Notes: a model not told the origin generated them from the sequence alone. A stretch of DNA of 63,945 bases, filler included, from Parachlamydiales bacterium (GCA_020051075.1; 4 parts of 4 records of this genome joined end to end with filler, not necessarily neighbours in it); one strand, 5' to 3'; numbered from the whole stretch's first letter, positions 49,409-59,405 are shown. Program-made: numbers and translations.

Positions 49409-49509
49409 AGCTATCGCCCGGAACTGACGCTTTTTATTTCACAGGTTCTGATCAACACTCTCTGGTGAAAAAGCGGAAGAGGAGAGCTTGAGAAAAAATG
49501 GGTAATGGT
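49409..49509. repeat. Degenerate copy of the ~105-bp repeat at 52051 and 61133
   Basis: AGCTATCGCCC...CACAGGTTCTGATCAACA...GAAAAAGCG. Confidence 0.65.
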
Positions 49510-49631
49510 AAGCCACACTCGCCTGGGCTATGATATGCCGGCACTTCGTGCCTTAGCAAAGTTTGCAACAAGATTTATTTTAATAAGTTGATTTTGGGCC
49601 AGGCATGAAAGGAGATCAAGAGGGATAAGAT

Positions 49632-49661
49632 ATTCTGGCAGCCTGAAGAGGCTGCCAGAAT
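49632..49661. terminator. Hairpin just past the stop of the 748-aa gene
   Basis: ATTCTGGCAGCCT-GAAG-AGGCTGCCAGAAT 13-bp stem; weak U-tract. Confidence 0.65.
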
Positions 49662-49669
49662 GCTGTCGG

Positions 49670-51916
49670 CTATTTTCTTTTTGATTTAGTAGATTCCGAG
49701 TGATTTCTTCTCTTACCTCTTGATTTGGATCCCGCTTGCTGAACCACTTGTGGTTGTCGAGCCTTTCCCCGGATCATGGATAAATCCTGTAATAGTAAAT
49801 CATCTGCGGATCTTGGCTTAATCTCAACAGCCCCTCTGAGATTTGTTTCAAGTTGATTGGAGTAACTGGTTTTAAACTTCCTATAACTTGTCACTCCTAA
49901 CCTGTTTCTCGCTCCTTCTATTAAACAGCGATAAGAACAGTTCCCCGTTTGCTGTGGTTTCTCTCTCCGAACGGTAGCTGTGATCCCTTCTCCTGGAAAA
50001 CCTGCAAGATCATTGAGCTTTACAAGCGCCCGAGTCACCTCTTCCATTGTCGTCCCTTCATAACTCGCTGTATTAATGAAATACCCCAACGCAGCCTCTA
50101 CATTCGTTTGAGTTTCGGACCTTGTTAAATCCACTTCAAAGCCCACTGCGATTGGATATCCCCCTGGGCCGTTCCATAGATTGCGTAATGAGAATGTATT
50201 ATCTCCCGCGAGCCGTTGTTGTTCTCTCAGTCCTAAACCTGTATTGAAGTGTTGGATTTGGACCCGTCCTTCAGCTGTTTTCGTCATCATCAAAAGCGTT
50301 GCATGACCATCGCAACCAATTGGAAGATACACTGCTTGGCCAATATCCATCGTCGCTAACTTTTCATATATCTGATGAGACAAGATATCTTCTCTTTCCT
50401 TGTTGCCTCCAATGACACTCGCTTCGAAAGCAAAGGGAAGGGAACGTTCAAGATCCCCTCTTAATGTAGTCATATTAGGGTCTTGGTTTGTTTTGGATTC
50501 AGCCTCTAAAAGGTTATACATATAAAACATATGCGCAACCGTGTTTTCTCCCTCTAATTCACGCTTATCTTGTTCAGATTTAGGAGCTGATGTTTGTATC
50601 TGCTCTCTAGTTTTCTCTCCAACATTGCCAACAAAGGCTCCCCAAATTGATTTTCTCACGTATTTTACAAAGCTCGTTTGTTGGTTATCCTTACTTTCAA
50701 CTATGCTCGTACGTGTGACAATTTTGTTGAATTGAACATTCCGTAATCGATTAAAAACCCGGCTCGTTGCATCAACCGGAGTTTCTTCTTTAAGAACCAA
50801 TGAAGCCAACCGTTCTCCCATCGTAGGCTCTGCCTGCGGGCTTGATGAAGCCGCTGATGAGGAGGCTGTCTCTCTGATTTGCTTAGAAGAAGCTTTCGTT
50901 CCTTCTGATGTCTTGAATGCTGAAATGACCCTTTTTTTGATACCCTTCCCCACTTTTTTGACACCAGCCCCAGCTCTTTCCAAAGCTGAATTCAGTCTTT
51001 CATTAAACCATGTCAGAGGTCGTACCAGAGGCCGTGCAAATTCTTGGATATCACGAGCAACAGTGGGTCTTGATTCGTTAAATGTCGTCAAGCCTGTGAT
51101 TTCTCGAACCAAAGCCGCATCGGTCTTATTTGCTGAATCTGCAGGGAAAGTTTCTCTATATTTGCTAAGCAATTGTCTAAATTCAGGATCAGTTGCAACA
51201 TCTGGCAAATTTCTGCCCGAACATTTTTCTGTTAAATTATTACGCACTTTAGCTTTAAAGGTGTCCAATAAAGTCTGATCTGGGTTAGTCCGATATGCTT
51301 CTGTAAGATTTCTATTTGCTTGAGTTGCCGCAATGACCCCTGTGTCATTTCCATCAAAAGATCTTAGTTTATTAATTAAAGTTTCATTTTCATTCTTGAA
51401 TTTATTTATTAATTTCTTATTTTTAACAGCTTTGAGTGTTTCAGGTCCTGTACTTCTCAGATGCTCTGTCGTAATGGCATTATTGTCTTCTTGAGTGAGA
51501 ATTGGTGCTGGGCGATCTTTAATTACATTTTCTAGGTCTGTTTTGTAATTGGGTTGAAACAGATTATTTGCAATTGCAGTAAGTTTTTTCATGCTTTGGA
51601 ATAAACTTGGCTTATGACCTCTCATGCGCACTTGTAATCGCGCCATCCCTTGTTCAATGTGTTTTAATTCTTCACCAGATAACCCTCTTTCTTCAATATT
51701 GTTCCTTGCAAATTGTGCGATTTTATTTGCAGTGGCAGCGATGTCTTTTGCCCCCATCTTGCCAGATGTGGACTGACCAGGTCTAATGTATGCATAAGTG
51801 TATCCAGCTTCTGTTTTAGTTTTTTTTATGTACCCCTTCTGAGCCCCCTCTGCAGCTAATTGGCTCATCGCACTCGCAAACGTTGTGGCTTCATGATCGG
51901 TAATGTTATCTGGCAT
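49670..51916 (-). CDS. Large effector-like protein with putative C-terminal CE-clan cysteine protease domain
   Basis: 748 aa, helical N-terminus, Ser-rich linker, GHA...FNTG...QQTGNC. Confidence 0.55.
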   Translation of the reverse strand: MPDNITDHEATTFASAMSQLAAEGAQKGYIKKTKTEAGYTYAYIRPGQSTSGKMGAKDIAATANKIAQFARNNIEERGLSGEELKHIEQGMARLQVRMRGHKPSLFQSMKKLTAIANNLFQPNYKTDLENVIKDRPAPILTQEDNNAITTEHLRSTGPETLKAVKNKKLINKFKNENETLINKLRSFDGNDTGVIAATQANRNLTEAYRTNPDQTLLDTFKAKVRNNLTEKCSGRNLPDVATDPEFRQLLSKYRETFPADSANKTDAALVREITGLTTFNESRPTVARDIQEFARPLVRPLTWFNERLNSALERAGAGVKKVGKGIKKRVISAFKTSEGTKASSKQIRETASSSAASSSPQAEPTMGERLASLVLKEETPVDATSRVFNRLRNVQFNKIVTRTSIVESKDNQQTSFVKYVRKSIWGAFVGNVGEKTREQIQTSAPKSEQDKRELEGENTVAHMFYMYNLLEAESKTNQDPNMTTLRGDLERSLPFAFEASVIGGNKEREDILSHQIYEKLATMDIGQAVYLPIGCDGHATLLMMTKTAEGRVQIQHFNTGLGLREQQRLAGDNTFSLRNLWNGPGGYPIAVGFEVDLTRSETQTNVEAALGYFINTASYEGTTMEEVTRALVKLNDLAGFPGEGITATVRREKPQQTGNCSYRCLIEGARNRLGVTSYRKFKTSYSNQLETNLRGAVEIKPRSADDLLLQDLSMIRGKARQPQVVQQAGSKSRGKRRNHSESTKSKRK

Positions 51917-52050
51917 ACAAACCTCTAATAAAATAAAAAACTATATGTCATAATTATATCTCTCAATTGTTAAATTATAATAAACACATGGTAACTATCC
52001 TTGTAATAATTAGAGTAAAAACCAAGTCAGGCTAACTTCACTTTTCATCT

Positions 52051-52197
52051 GCTTAGCTATCGCCCCCAACAAACTTTTATCAACTCACAGGTTCTGTTCA
52101 ACATCCTTTGGCGGAAAAGCGAAAGGAGGCTTTCGCACTCCAAACGCTTCGCGTAGCCAACAAATCGTCTTGAATACGCGAAGCGTTTGGAGTGCGG
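52051..52197. repeat. ~105-bp dispersed repeat plus inverted GCGAAGCGTTTGGAGTGCG pair
   Basis: Highly similar to 61133-61237; CGCACTCCAAACGCTTCGCGTA / TACGCGAAGCGTTTGGAGTGCG perfect IR. Confidence 0.85.
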
Positions 52198-52207
52198 AAG
52201 TCTTCTT

Positions 52208-52270
52208 CATACGCGTTAAGCTAACATAACCAGAATATATTCAATTAGTTATAAAATATTAACGACCTCA
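52208..52270. mobile_element. Possible IS4/IS231-like terminal repeat running into contig end
   Basis: CATACGCGTTAAGCTAAC, inverse of motif at 28827-28844. Confidence 0.45.
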
Positions 52271-52370
52271 NNNNNNNNNNNNNNNNNNNNNNNNNNNNNN
52301 NNNNNNNNNNNNNNTTAATTAATTAANNNNNNNNNNNNNNNNNNNNNNNNNNNNNNNNNNNNNNNNNNNN
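52271..52370. other. Artificial contig linker
   Basis: N run with TTAATTAATTAA. Confidence 0.99.
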
Positions 52371-52385
52371 AAGAACAACAAGACA

Positions 52386-52411
52386 AGGCATCGCTATGCC
52401 TGATTTTTTTT
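52386..52411 (+). terminator. Intrinsic terminator
   Basis: AGGCAT-CGCT-ATGCCT followed by GA and T8. Confidence 0.6.
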
Positions 52412-52481
52412 ATCTTGAGTTCCATGCTCAGTAGTCTACAGCTTCAGGCTGCCAGCGGGAATTGCTGTACATTCTCGCCTC

Positions 52482-52602
52482 TTGCGAAAAATCAGAATTG
52501 TTGTTATAATTAATCTTTAATAGCATCCCTTGAAGGAGGGTTCACCAATGAAGAACTAAGTTTGATTCCAATCCGTAAACGATAAACCCAGGATCAAACT
52601 TA
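52482..52602 (+). promoter_or_regulatory. ABC-F paralog 2 leader: promoter plus RBS-sequestering hairpin
   Basis: TTGCGA-17-TATAAT (52482-52510); TAAGTTTGATTCC (52557-52569) pairs with GGATCAAACTTA (52591-52602). Confidence 0.72.
52548..52559 (+). CDS. 3-codon leader uORF (MKN*) of ABC-F paralog 2
   Basis: AAGGAGG SD then ATG AAG AAC TAA. Confidence 0.7.
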   Translation: MKN

Positions 52603-54191
52603 TGTCTCGTCTCCTTATTTGCTGTTCACATCTATATAAATCTTTTGGCCTCTCACTCCTTTTTGATGATGTCTCTTTTGCCGTCAACGAACGCGAGATC
52701 TTTGCTCTCATCGGAGAAAATGGCGCTGGTAAAACAACACTTCTGCAGCTGTTGCAGGGAGAGGTTCAACCAGACGCAGGAGATTGCATCAGAGCGTCTC
52801 ATTTAAGTATTGGCTTCTTGCCGCAAGAAGTGTCCCTGAAATCGTCGGACATGAGTGCAAGAGCTTATCTAGAAGAAGGACCATTACCTGAACTCGAACG
52901 GCAAATGGCCGCCTATTTAGATGCACCCGATCAGCTGGCCGAGTGGGCTGCCTGTCATGAAAAATATGAACAGCTCGGCGGCTATCGACGGCTGCCGATA
53001 GAAAAAGTTCTGAGTGGACTCGATCTTGATCTCGCCCTCCTCGATGTTCCGATGGCCAGCTTAAGCAGCGGGCAAAGAGTCCGTGTGGCTTTAGCTCGGG
53101 CCCTTATCGAAAACCCTGACCTGCTTTTGCTGGATGAACCGACAAATCATCTGGATCAGTCTATGGTGGATTGGCTTCAGATGACATTACGTCAACGAGA
53201 GGGGGCCACCATCATCGTCTCACATGACAGAACATTCCTCAATGAAACCTGCAACCGTTTGATCGAACTCAAACAGGGCAGGCTTTCTTGCTATGGAGGC
53301 AACTACGATTTCTATCTTGAAGAACAGAAGTTGCTGATGGAAAGGCAGATAAGGGCCTATGAGGCGCAGGAAGAGGAACGGGCGGCATTAAAGCAGAAGA
53401 TCAAGGCGATGAGTTTCTCCAAAAGAAAAGCCTCTTCCCCCACTGACCGCAATGTGATGGCTTATGACCGGAGAGGCGAGAATCATCAAAAATCCTTGCA
53501 GCACAGTCTCTCCGCTTTGAAAGCTCGGCTTACAGAAATCGAGGACAACCCGTTGTCCCATCCCAAGCCAAAAACCATTAAAGGGTTAAGATTTGCCGGC
53601 GTCCCCCTTGCCTCTGTCGTTGCCATCGAGTGTGATCACATCAGCAAAGCCTACGACGGCAAGTTGCTGTTTGCTGAGTTGAGTCGCACCCTGTGCAAAG
53701 GAGACCGCATTGTCCTGACTGGATCTAACGGCTCTGGCAAAACGACATTCCTTAGATGCCTTGCTGGGTTGCTGCCGGTCGATGCAGGACTCATCCGCAC
53801 GGCTCCGACAGCAGTCATCAGTTACTTAGATCAAGACATCGCGTTGCTGCCGATGAGTGAAACTCCACTCCAATATTTTCAGAGCAAGTTTCACTTATCA
53901 GAGGAGGAATTGAGACGAGAACTGCACAAAGCAGCCATCGGCGGGTCAGAGCTTCTCAACCGTCCATTTGCAACCCTTAGCACAGGACAGAGAAAGCGCC
54001 TGATGATTCTTTCCCTCGTCCTGGAGAGGCCCAATGTTCTGTTGTTAGATGAGCCCACCAACCATCTGGATTTATTGACGTTAGAGGCGTTGGAAACAGC
54101 TATTTTGAGTTTTGAAGGGGGGGTCTTAGCTGTTTCCCACGACCAGACTTTCATCAATAAAATCGCCACAGAGGTGTTGGAATTCAGATGA
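52602..54191 (+). CDS. ABC-F ribosome-associated ATPase, paralog 2
   Basis: Two NBDs; colinear with and highly similar to 2508-4103. Confidence 0.9.
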   Translation: MSRLLICCSHLYKSFGLSLLFDDVSFAVNEREIFALIGENGAGKTTLLQLLQGEVQPDAGDCIRASHLSIGFLPQEVSLKSSDMSARAYLEEGPLPELERQMAAYLDAPDQLAEWAACHEKYEQLGGYRRLPIEKVLSGLDLDLALLDVPMASLSSGQRVRVALARALIENPDLLLLDEPTNHLDQSMVDWLQMTLRQREGATIIVSHDRTFLNETCNRLIELKQGRLSCYGGNYDFYLEEQKLLMERQIRAYEAQEEERAALKQKIKAMSFSKRKASSPTDRNVMAYDRRGENHQKSLQHSLSALKARLTEIEDNPLSHPKPKTIKGLRFAGVPLASVVAIECDHISKAYDGKLLFAELSRTLCKGDRIVLTGSNGSGKTTFLRCLAGLLPVDAGLIRTAPTAVISYLDQDIALLPMSETPLQYFQSKFHLSEEELRRELHKAAIGGSELLNRPFATLSTGQRKRLMILSLVLERPNVLLLDEPTNHLDLLTLEALETAILSFEGGVLAVSHDQTFINKIATEVLEFR

Positions 54192-55527
54192 GCTTTGTCT
54201 TCAGAATCTCAGCCCATTTATTTTTCTCCTCGTCAACCCACTGTTGATAGTCTCTGCGTTTGGCATCGCTCTTTGCTATTCCCAGATTTCCTGTAGCCCC
54301 TAGATGTTTTTTAGACAAAATGTTAGCAACAGGATCGGTTTCAGAAACATCCATTGGGTCTTTTGCCACTTGTTGATAAGCATCTCTAAATGGAATGCCT
54401 CCACTGGTCAATTTTAATACTTGATCAGTGGCGAATAGTTCAGGTGTAAATGCCTCTATACATGTTTTTTTATCGACCTGTATTTCAGAAAAGATCAGAG
54501 AAAAAACTTTTAGAGAGAGGGCTGTTGTATCCAATCCCTGCATCATTGGACGTTTAGTCTCTTGAAAATCTCTATTGTAGCCTGAAGGTAAAGCGCGTAT
54601 CAGTTCTAAAGTTTGAAACAGCAGTCCTTGAACAATGGCAGATTTGGCGCGGACGATTTCCAGCGGGCATGGATTTCGTTTTTGCGGCATTAAGCTGCTT
54701 CCTGGACAGAACTTTTCAGGCAATACTAAATACCCAAATTCAGGAGTGCTGAAAATAATCACATCTGTAGCTCCTTTGCTGAGGTCATTCATGATTTGAA
54801 CGAGAACATGCAAAACTGCAGCTTCAAATTTTCCTCTGCTATTATTTGCGTAGAGGACGTTATTTTGAACTGATTTAAATCCTAAGAGATCTGCACAATA
54901 TTGTCGATCAATGGGCAGAGAGACTCCATAGCTTGCTGCAGAGCCTAATGGACATTGATCAACAAGTTCATAAACTCCCTTTAATAAATGCATATCATCG
55001 AGGAGGGATTCTGCAAAGGCGCCAGCCCATAGCCCAATGGAAGAAGGCATGGCCCGTTGAAAATGGGTCCTTCCCGGGAAAGGGACTTCTTGGTGCAACT
55101 CTGCAAATTTGCAGAGAATATGGCAAGCACTTAAGACTTCTGCAGCAATCTCAAGGAGTTGATTTTTCATATAGAGACGCATGTCTAGAAGAACCTGGTC
55201 ATTTCTAGATCGTGCTGTATGAAGTTTTTTTCCAATATCGCCTAGCTTGCTCACTAATGCATTTTCAATTGCAGTGTGGACGTCTTCATCTTTTGCGTGA
55301 ATGACAAATTGACCCTCCTCATCTAATTGAATGATATGCCTTAATTGATTCACTAATTTCTGACATTCTTCAGCAGTTAAAACACCAATTTTTTCGAGCA
55401 TTTTTGCATGGGCAATGCTTCCTAAGCAGTCGTAAGTAATGAGGGCACGATCCAGCAAAGGATCGTCCCCAGTCATAAATGTTTCTACCAGATGATCTAA
55501 TGTATACCCCTTTTCCCATAATTTCAT
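54184..55527 (-). CDS. argH: Argininosuccinate lyase
   Basis: EDVHTAIE, LHTARSRNDQ, GSSLMPQKRNP, SGYNRDFQETK. Confidence 0.95.
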   Translation of the reverse strand: MKLWEKGYTLDHLVETFMTGDDPLLDRALITYDCLGSIAHAKMLEKIGVLTAEECQKLVNQLRHIIQLDEEGQFVIHAKDEDVHTAIENALVSKLGDIGKKLHTARSRNDQVLLDMRLYMKNQLLEIAAEVLSACHILCKFAELHQEVPFPGRTHFQRAMPSSIGLWAGAFAESLLDDMHLLKGVYELVDQCPLGSAASYGVSLPIDRQYCADLLGFKSVQNNVLYANNSRGKFEAAVLHVLVQIMNDLSKGATDVIIFSTPEFGYLVLPEKFCPGSSLMPQKRNPCPLEIVRAKSAIVQGLLFQTLELIRALPSGYNRDFQETKRPMMQGLDTTALSLKVFSLIFSEIQVDKKTCIEAFTPELFATDQVLKLTSGGIPFRDAYQQVAKDPMDVSETDPVANILSKKHLGATGNLGIAKSDAKRRDYQQWVDEEKNKWAEILKTKLI

Positions 55528-56774
55528 GATATCCCTCCTTGTGTGATCGTTTCTTGTCTTTTTGCAAGGATTTCACAAGGAAGCCCTCGTATCTTTGCGG
55601 CATGAGCGCACCATCTTTGATCAAATGAAGCGTTTTTTATTGATCGTATCTCAGGTGCAAAAAGAGAATAGGCAGACTCTCGATAGGTGATTGTGATATT
55701 GCCTTTGTATAATTTTGCTTTTACCTTTCCGCAGACCATTTGTTGTGTTTGGAAAATAAACGCATCTAAAGCTTGTTTCAGAGGGGAGTACCAGAGTCCA
55801 TGATAAACAAGGTAAGCCCATTGTGCATCGACACTTCTCTTGAATTGAATTTCATCTTTAGTCAAACATTGCTGTTCCAGATCACGGTGAAGCTTTAGAA
55901 TGACATGGGCTGCAGGAGCTTCATAGATTTCTCGGCTCTTAAGTTCCATGATGCCATCTTCAAACATGTCGATTAAACCGATCCCTTGTGAACCAGCGAT
56001 GTGATTCAGTTCGCTGATCATGGCATCGATAGGAAGTTCTTTGCCGTTAAGGCTGGTCGGCAGTCCCTGTGAAAACTCGAGTTCAATTTCTATCTCCTGA
56101 TCTACAGCTTTTTGTGGAGGAATTCTCCACATCCAGACGTCATCAGAGATAGGTTGATTCAGATCGATTGCTCCAGAGGCAATAGAACGACACCATAATG
56201 TCTTATCATCTCCACCAACGATTTGTTCTGTTATAGGCACCCCCCAATGCTGGCATAGCAGCTGTTCTTCGAGTCGAGTTAAGTTAAAGTCCCTCACTGG
56301 TACTAACACATCAAGTTCAGGAGCGAATAATTTAAACACATTGTGCATCCTGTATTGATCATTTCCTTTTCCAGTCGATCCTTCTAAGATCGCATCGCAA
56401 CCCAGTTTTTTTGCTTCTAGTGCAATGATTCTTGCGACCAGCTGGCGCGTCATCGAAGTTGACACGGGATAGCCATTGTAGTCAGCATTGGCTTGGATAG
56501 CTTTTGATAGCCATTCTTTTGAAAATTCCTCTTTAGCATCAATCATTATGGGTTTGATGCCCATTGCGACAGCTTTGTCATACACTTCTTTGATTTCTTC
56601 ATCCCCTTGACCGACATCAATCGTGATTGGAATGATTTCCTTAGCTTGATAGATGTGTCGAAGCAGAGGGATGGCAAGGGATGAATCTAGACCCCCCGAG
56701 AAGGCGACCGCAACTTTTTGTCCTTTTTGAATAGGTGTATGATTGATTTTTTCTAAAATTTCTAAAATTGTCAT
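55524..56774 (-). CDS. argG: Argininosuccinate synthase homolog, divergent copy
   Basis: AFSGGLDSS, GSTGKGNDQYR, KSREIYEAPA; atypical GGDDKTLWCRSIASG segment. Confidence 0.8.
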   Translation of the reverse strand: MTILEILEKINHTPIQKGQKVAVAFSGGLDSSLAIPLLRHIYQAKEIIPITIDVGQGDEEIKEVYDKAVAMGIKPIMIDAKEEFSKEWLSKAIQANADYNGYPVSTSMTRQLVARIIALEAKKLGCDAILEGSTGKGNDQYRMHNVFKLFAPELDVLVPVRDFNLTRLEEQLLCQHWGVPITEQIVGGDDKTLWCRSIASGAIDLNQPISDDVWMWRIPPQKAVDQEIEIELEFSQGLPTSLNGKELPIDAMISELNHIAGSQGIGLIDMFEDGIMELKSREIYEAPAAHVILKLHRDLEQQCLTKDEIQFKRSVDAQWAYLVYHGLWYSPLKQALDAFIFQTQQMVCGKVKAKLYKGNITITYRESAYSLFAPEIRSIKNASFDQRWCAHAAKIRGLPCEILAKRQETITQGGIS

Positions 56775-56792
56775 GATATTTTCTCCTTATAT

Positions 56793-58004
56793 TTATATTG
56801 CTTTATTGTGTTTTAGTCTTAACGCATTGAGCTTGATAAAGCCCTTAGCGTCGAGCTGGTCATAATTTCCTAACTGATCCATGCTGGCAATGTCTTGGTT
56901 ATAAAGGGATTTGCACGATTCACGTTTCGTGATGATGGCATTTCCTTTATATAGTGTTAAATACACTTTACCTTCTACATGCGCTTGACTTTTTTCTATT
57001 GCAGCCATAAGAAATTCCATTTCAGGGCTAAACCAGAAGCCGTTGTATATCAATTGTGCGATTTTTGGCATCCACAGCTCTTTCAAATGGAAAACCTCTC
57101 GATCTAATACAAGGGCTTCAAGGTCATGATGCGCTTTCCACAAAACTGTTCCGCCGGGAGTTTCATAGACGCCTCGTGATTTCATTCCTACAAATCGGTT
57201 TTCTACAATATCCATTCTGCCAATGCCATGCTTGCTGCAGAGCTTGTTAAGATAGGTCAGAAGGGCAACTGCCGATTCGTTCACACAGATTCCATCGTCG
57301 CAATCTGTGACTGAAATGGGGATGCCATTTGCAAACTCAATCATAATATGCGCTTCTTCATCGACAGCCTTTTGAGGAGATATAATCTGTTGAAACATAT
57401 CTTCTGGAGGTTCTTGGGAGGGATCTTCCAAAATTCCTGCTTCATAGCTTGTATGCAGAATGTTCTCATCCATGCTGTAGGGCTTTTGCAACGTTGAAAA
57501 GATCGGGATCTCTTGCTGCTCAGCATACGCGATCAAGTCGCTTCGTCCTTTGAATTGGTTGAGAAATTCCTGATCTTTCCATGGACTTATGATGACAGCT
57601 TCTGGCATCAATGTGAGATAGGCAATTTCAAAACGCACCTGATCATTGCCTTTTCCTGTTGCTCCATGAGCAACGATACAGGTATTTTCTTGTCGTGCGA
57701 TCTCTATCTGTTTTTTTGCAATTAATGGTCGAGCCAGAGCAGTGCCTAAGAGATATCTCCCTTCATATTGTGCATTGGCTTTTAATGCTTGAAAAACATA
57801 GTTTTCAACGAAGTCTTGGCGGAGATCTTCGATATAGACTCGACTTGCGCCCAGCTTAAGGGCTTTTTGTTTGATCGATTCCAAGTCTTCTCTCTGCCCG
57901 ACGTCAGCTAAGAAGCAGACAACGTCAAAACCCTTTCCTATTAGCCATTTTAAAATGACAGAAGTATCAAGACCTCCGCTATAGGCTAAAATCACCTTTT
58001 TCAT
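56793..58004 (-). CDS. argG: Argininosuccinate synthase, canonical copy
   Basis: AYSGGLDTS, YLLGTALARP, HGATGKGNDQVRFE, YSMDENILHTSYEAG, KSRGVYETP. Confidence 0.96.
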   Translation of the reverse strand: MKKVILAYSGGLDTSVILKWLIGKGFDVVCFLADVGQREDLESIKQKALKLGASRVYIEDLRQDFVENYVFQALKANAQYEGRYLLGTALARPLIAKKQIEIARQENTCIVAHGATGKGNDQVRFEIAYLTLMPEAVIISPWKDQEFLNQFKGRSDLIAYAEQQEIPIFSTLQKPYSMDENILHTSYEAGILEDPSQEPPEDMFQQIISPQKAVDEEAHIMIEFANGIPISVTDCDDGICVNESAVALLTYLNKLCSKHGIGRMDIVENRFVGMKSRGVYETPGGTVLWKAHHDLEALVLDREVFHLKELWMPKIAQLIYNGFWFSPEMEFLMAAIEKSQAHVEGKVYLTLYKGNAIITKRESCKSLYNQDIASMDQLGNYDQLDAKGFIKLNALRLKHNKAI

Positions 58005-58026
58005 ATGTTCTCCTTGAATGGTTATT

Positions 58027-58749
58027 TTAAATATGTGTTAAAAATTGTTTAATTCTATCTTTGGATGAGAGATCGTCAGTGGTTCGATCCCACTCTTCAA
58101 TCAGCTCTCCTTGTTCCATGAAATACACAACGTCCATCATCTTCCGGATGAAAGGCATGTCATGGCTTGAGAGGGCGATGGTGATCCCTCTTCTGTTGAG
58201 ATCGAGGAGAAGGGACTCCAAGCTCAATTTACTCTCTGGATCCAAGGCTGAGGTTGGTTCATCCAAGAGCAAGATGTTAGGATGCAGCACCAACGCTCTA
58301 GCAATAGCGACCCGCTGTTGCTGTCCACCAGAAAGTTGCGAGGGAAAGGACTGGATGAACGATTGCATGCCTAAGCTATCTAAGGTTACGATCGCTCTCT
58401 TTTCAGCTTCGGTTTCTCCCATCCCCATCGCATTGACAAGAGCATAAGTGCAATTGCTAAGGACGGATAGATGAGGAAATAAATGAAACTGCTGCAAGAC
58501 AAATCCTATTCTCGAAGCCCTTTCAACAGGATCGAACTTTCTAATGTCCTCTCCATTGCATGTGATGACGCCTTCGTAGCTGGAATGCAAATTAGCAACG
58601 CATTTAAGAAGCGTGGTTTTGCCAGCTCCGCTTTGCCCCATAAACGTCGTGATGCGCCCTTTTTTTAATTCAAAAGTGACTTCTTTTAAGACTGGGAGAG
58701 ATCCCTTTTTACTTTTGTAACTCCATGAGATTTTTTTGCCGTAAATCAT
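58027..58749 (-). CDS. Polar amino acid ABC transporter ATPase (GlnQ/ArtP-like)
   Basis: GQSGAGKTT, LSGGQQQRVAIARAL, DEPTSALDPE; TGATG overlap with permease. Confidence 0.92.
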   Translation of the reverse strand: MIYGKKISWSYKSKKGSLPVLKEVTFELKKGRITTFMGQSGAGKTTLLKCVANLHSSYEGVITCNGEDIRKFDPVERASRIGFVLQQFHLFPHLSVLSNCTYALVNAMGMGETEAEKRAIVTLDSLGMQSFIQSFPSQLSGGQQQRVAIARALVLHPNILLLDEPTSALDPESKLSLESLLLDLNRRGITIALSSHDMPFIRKMMDVVYFMEQGELIEEWDRTTDDLSSKDRIKQFLTHI

Positions 58750-59405
58750 CAATACCACCTCTTTTGTGTTAATTGAGCAAACAATGAGACACTTGCTGTC
58801 ATGATAAGATAGAGAGCTGCAGCTGCCAGGTAGATTGTGATCGGATCTAGCTCGCGGGCGACAATATCTTTGCTGACTTTTGTCAGTTCGGCTACACCGA
58901 TGACCATAAGAATGCTGGTTTCCTTGATCAACGAAGTCAGTTCGTTAATTAAACTGGGAAGGGACATCCTGAGCATCTGCGGCAGGATGATTCCTTTCAG
59001 AGTTTTCCAGGGGCTCAGTCCTATCACGTAAGCTGCTTCCCACTGTCCTTCAGGGATTGCATTAATGCCTCCGCGTACGATTTCTGAAATATATGCCATG
59101 GAATTGATGCCAAGGGCGATCACGCCAGCAGTAAAAGGCGAGAAGGATATTCCGATGGCTTCAGGCAAAGCGTAGTAGACGATAAGCACCTGAACAAACA
59201 ATGGCGTGCCTCTTATGATCCAAACAAAGCTATTGAGAATGGACTTAGAGAATGAATTACCCATTTTGCAGCAGTTCAACACACCGATAACGACTCCTCC
59301 GCAAAAGCTTAATGCGATTGAGGCAAAAGCAATCTGGAGGGTTGTTAAAGTGCCCTGAAGTAATAATGGGATTGAATTCATCAATAAAGAAGATTCTTCA
59401 AACAT
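58749..59405 (-). CDS. Polar amino acid ABC permease (GlnP/ArtM-like)
   Basis: RGTPLFVQ, EIVRGGI, GQWEAA, LIKETS. Confidence 0.92.
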   Translation of the reverse strand: MFEESSLLMNSIPLLLQGTLTTLQIAFASIALSFCGGVVIGVLNCCKMGNSFSKSILNSFVWIIRGTPLFVQVLIVYYALPEAIGISFSPFTAGVIALGINSMAYISEIVRGGINAIPEGQWEAAYVIGLSPWKTLKGIILPQMLRMSLPSLINELTSLIKETSILMVIGVAELTKVSKDIVARELDPITIYLAAAALYLIMTASVSLFAQLTQKRWY

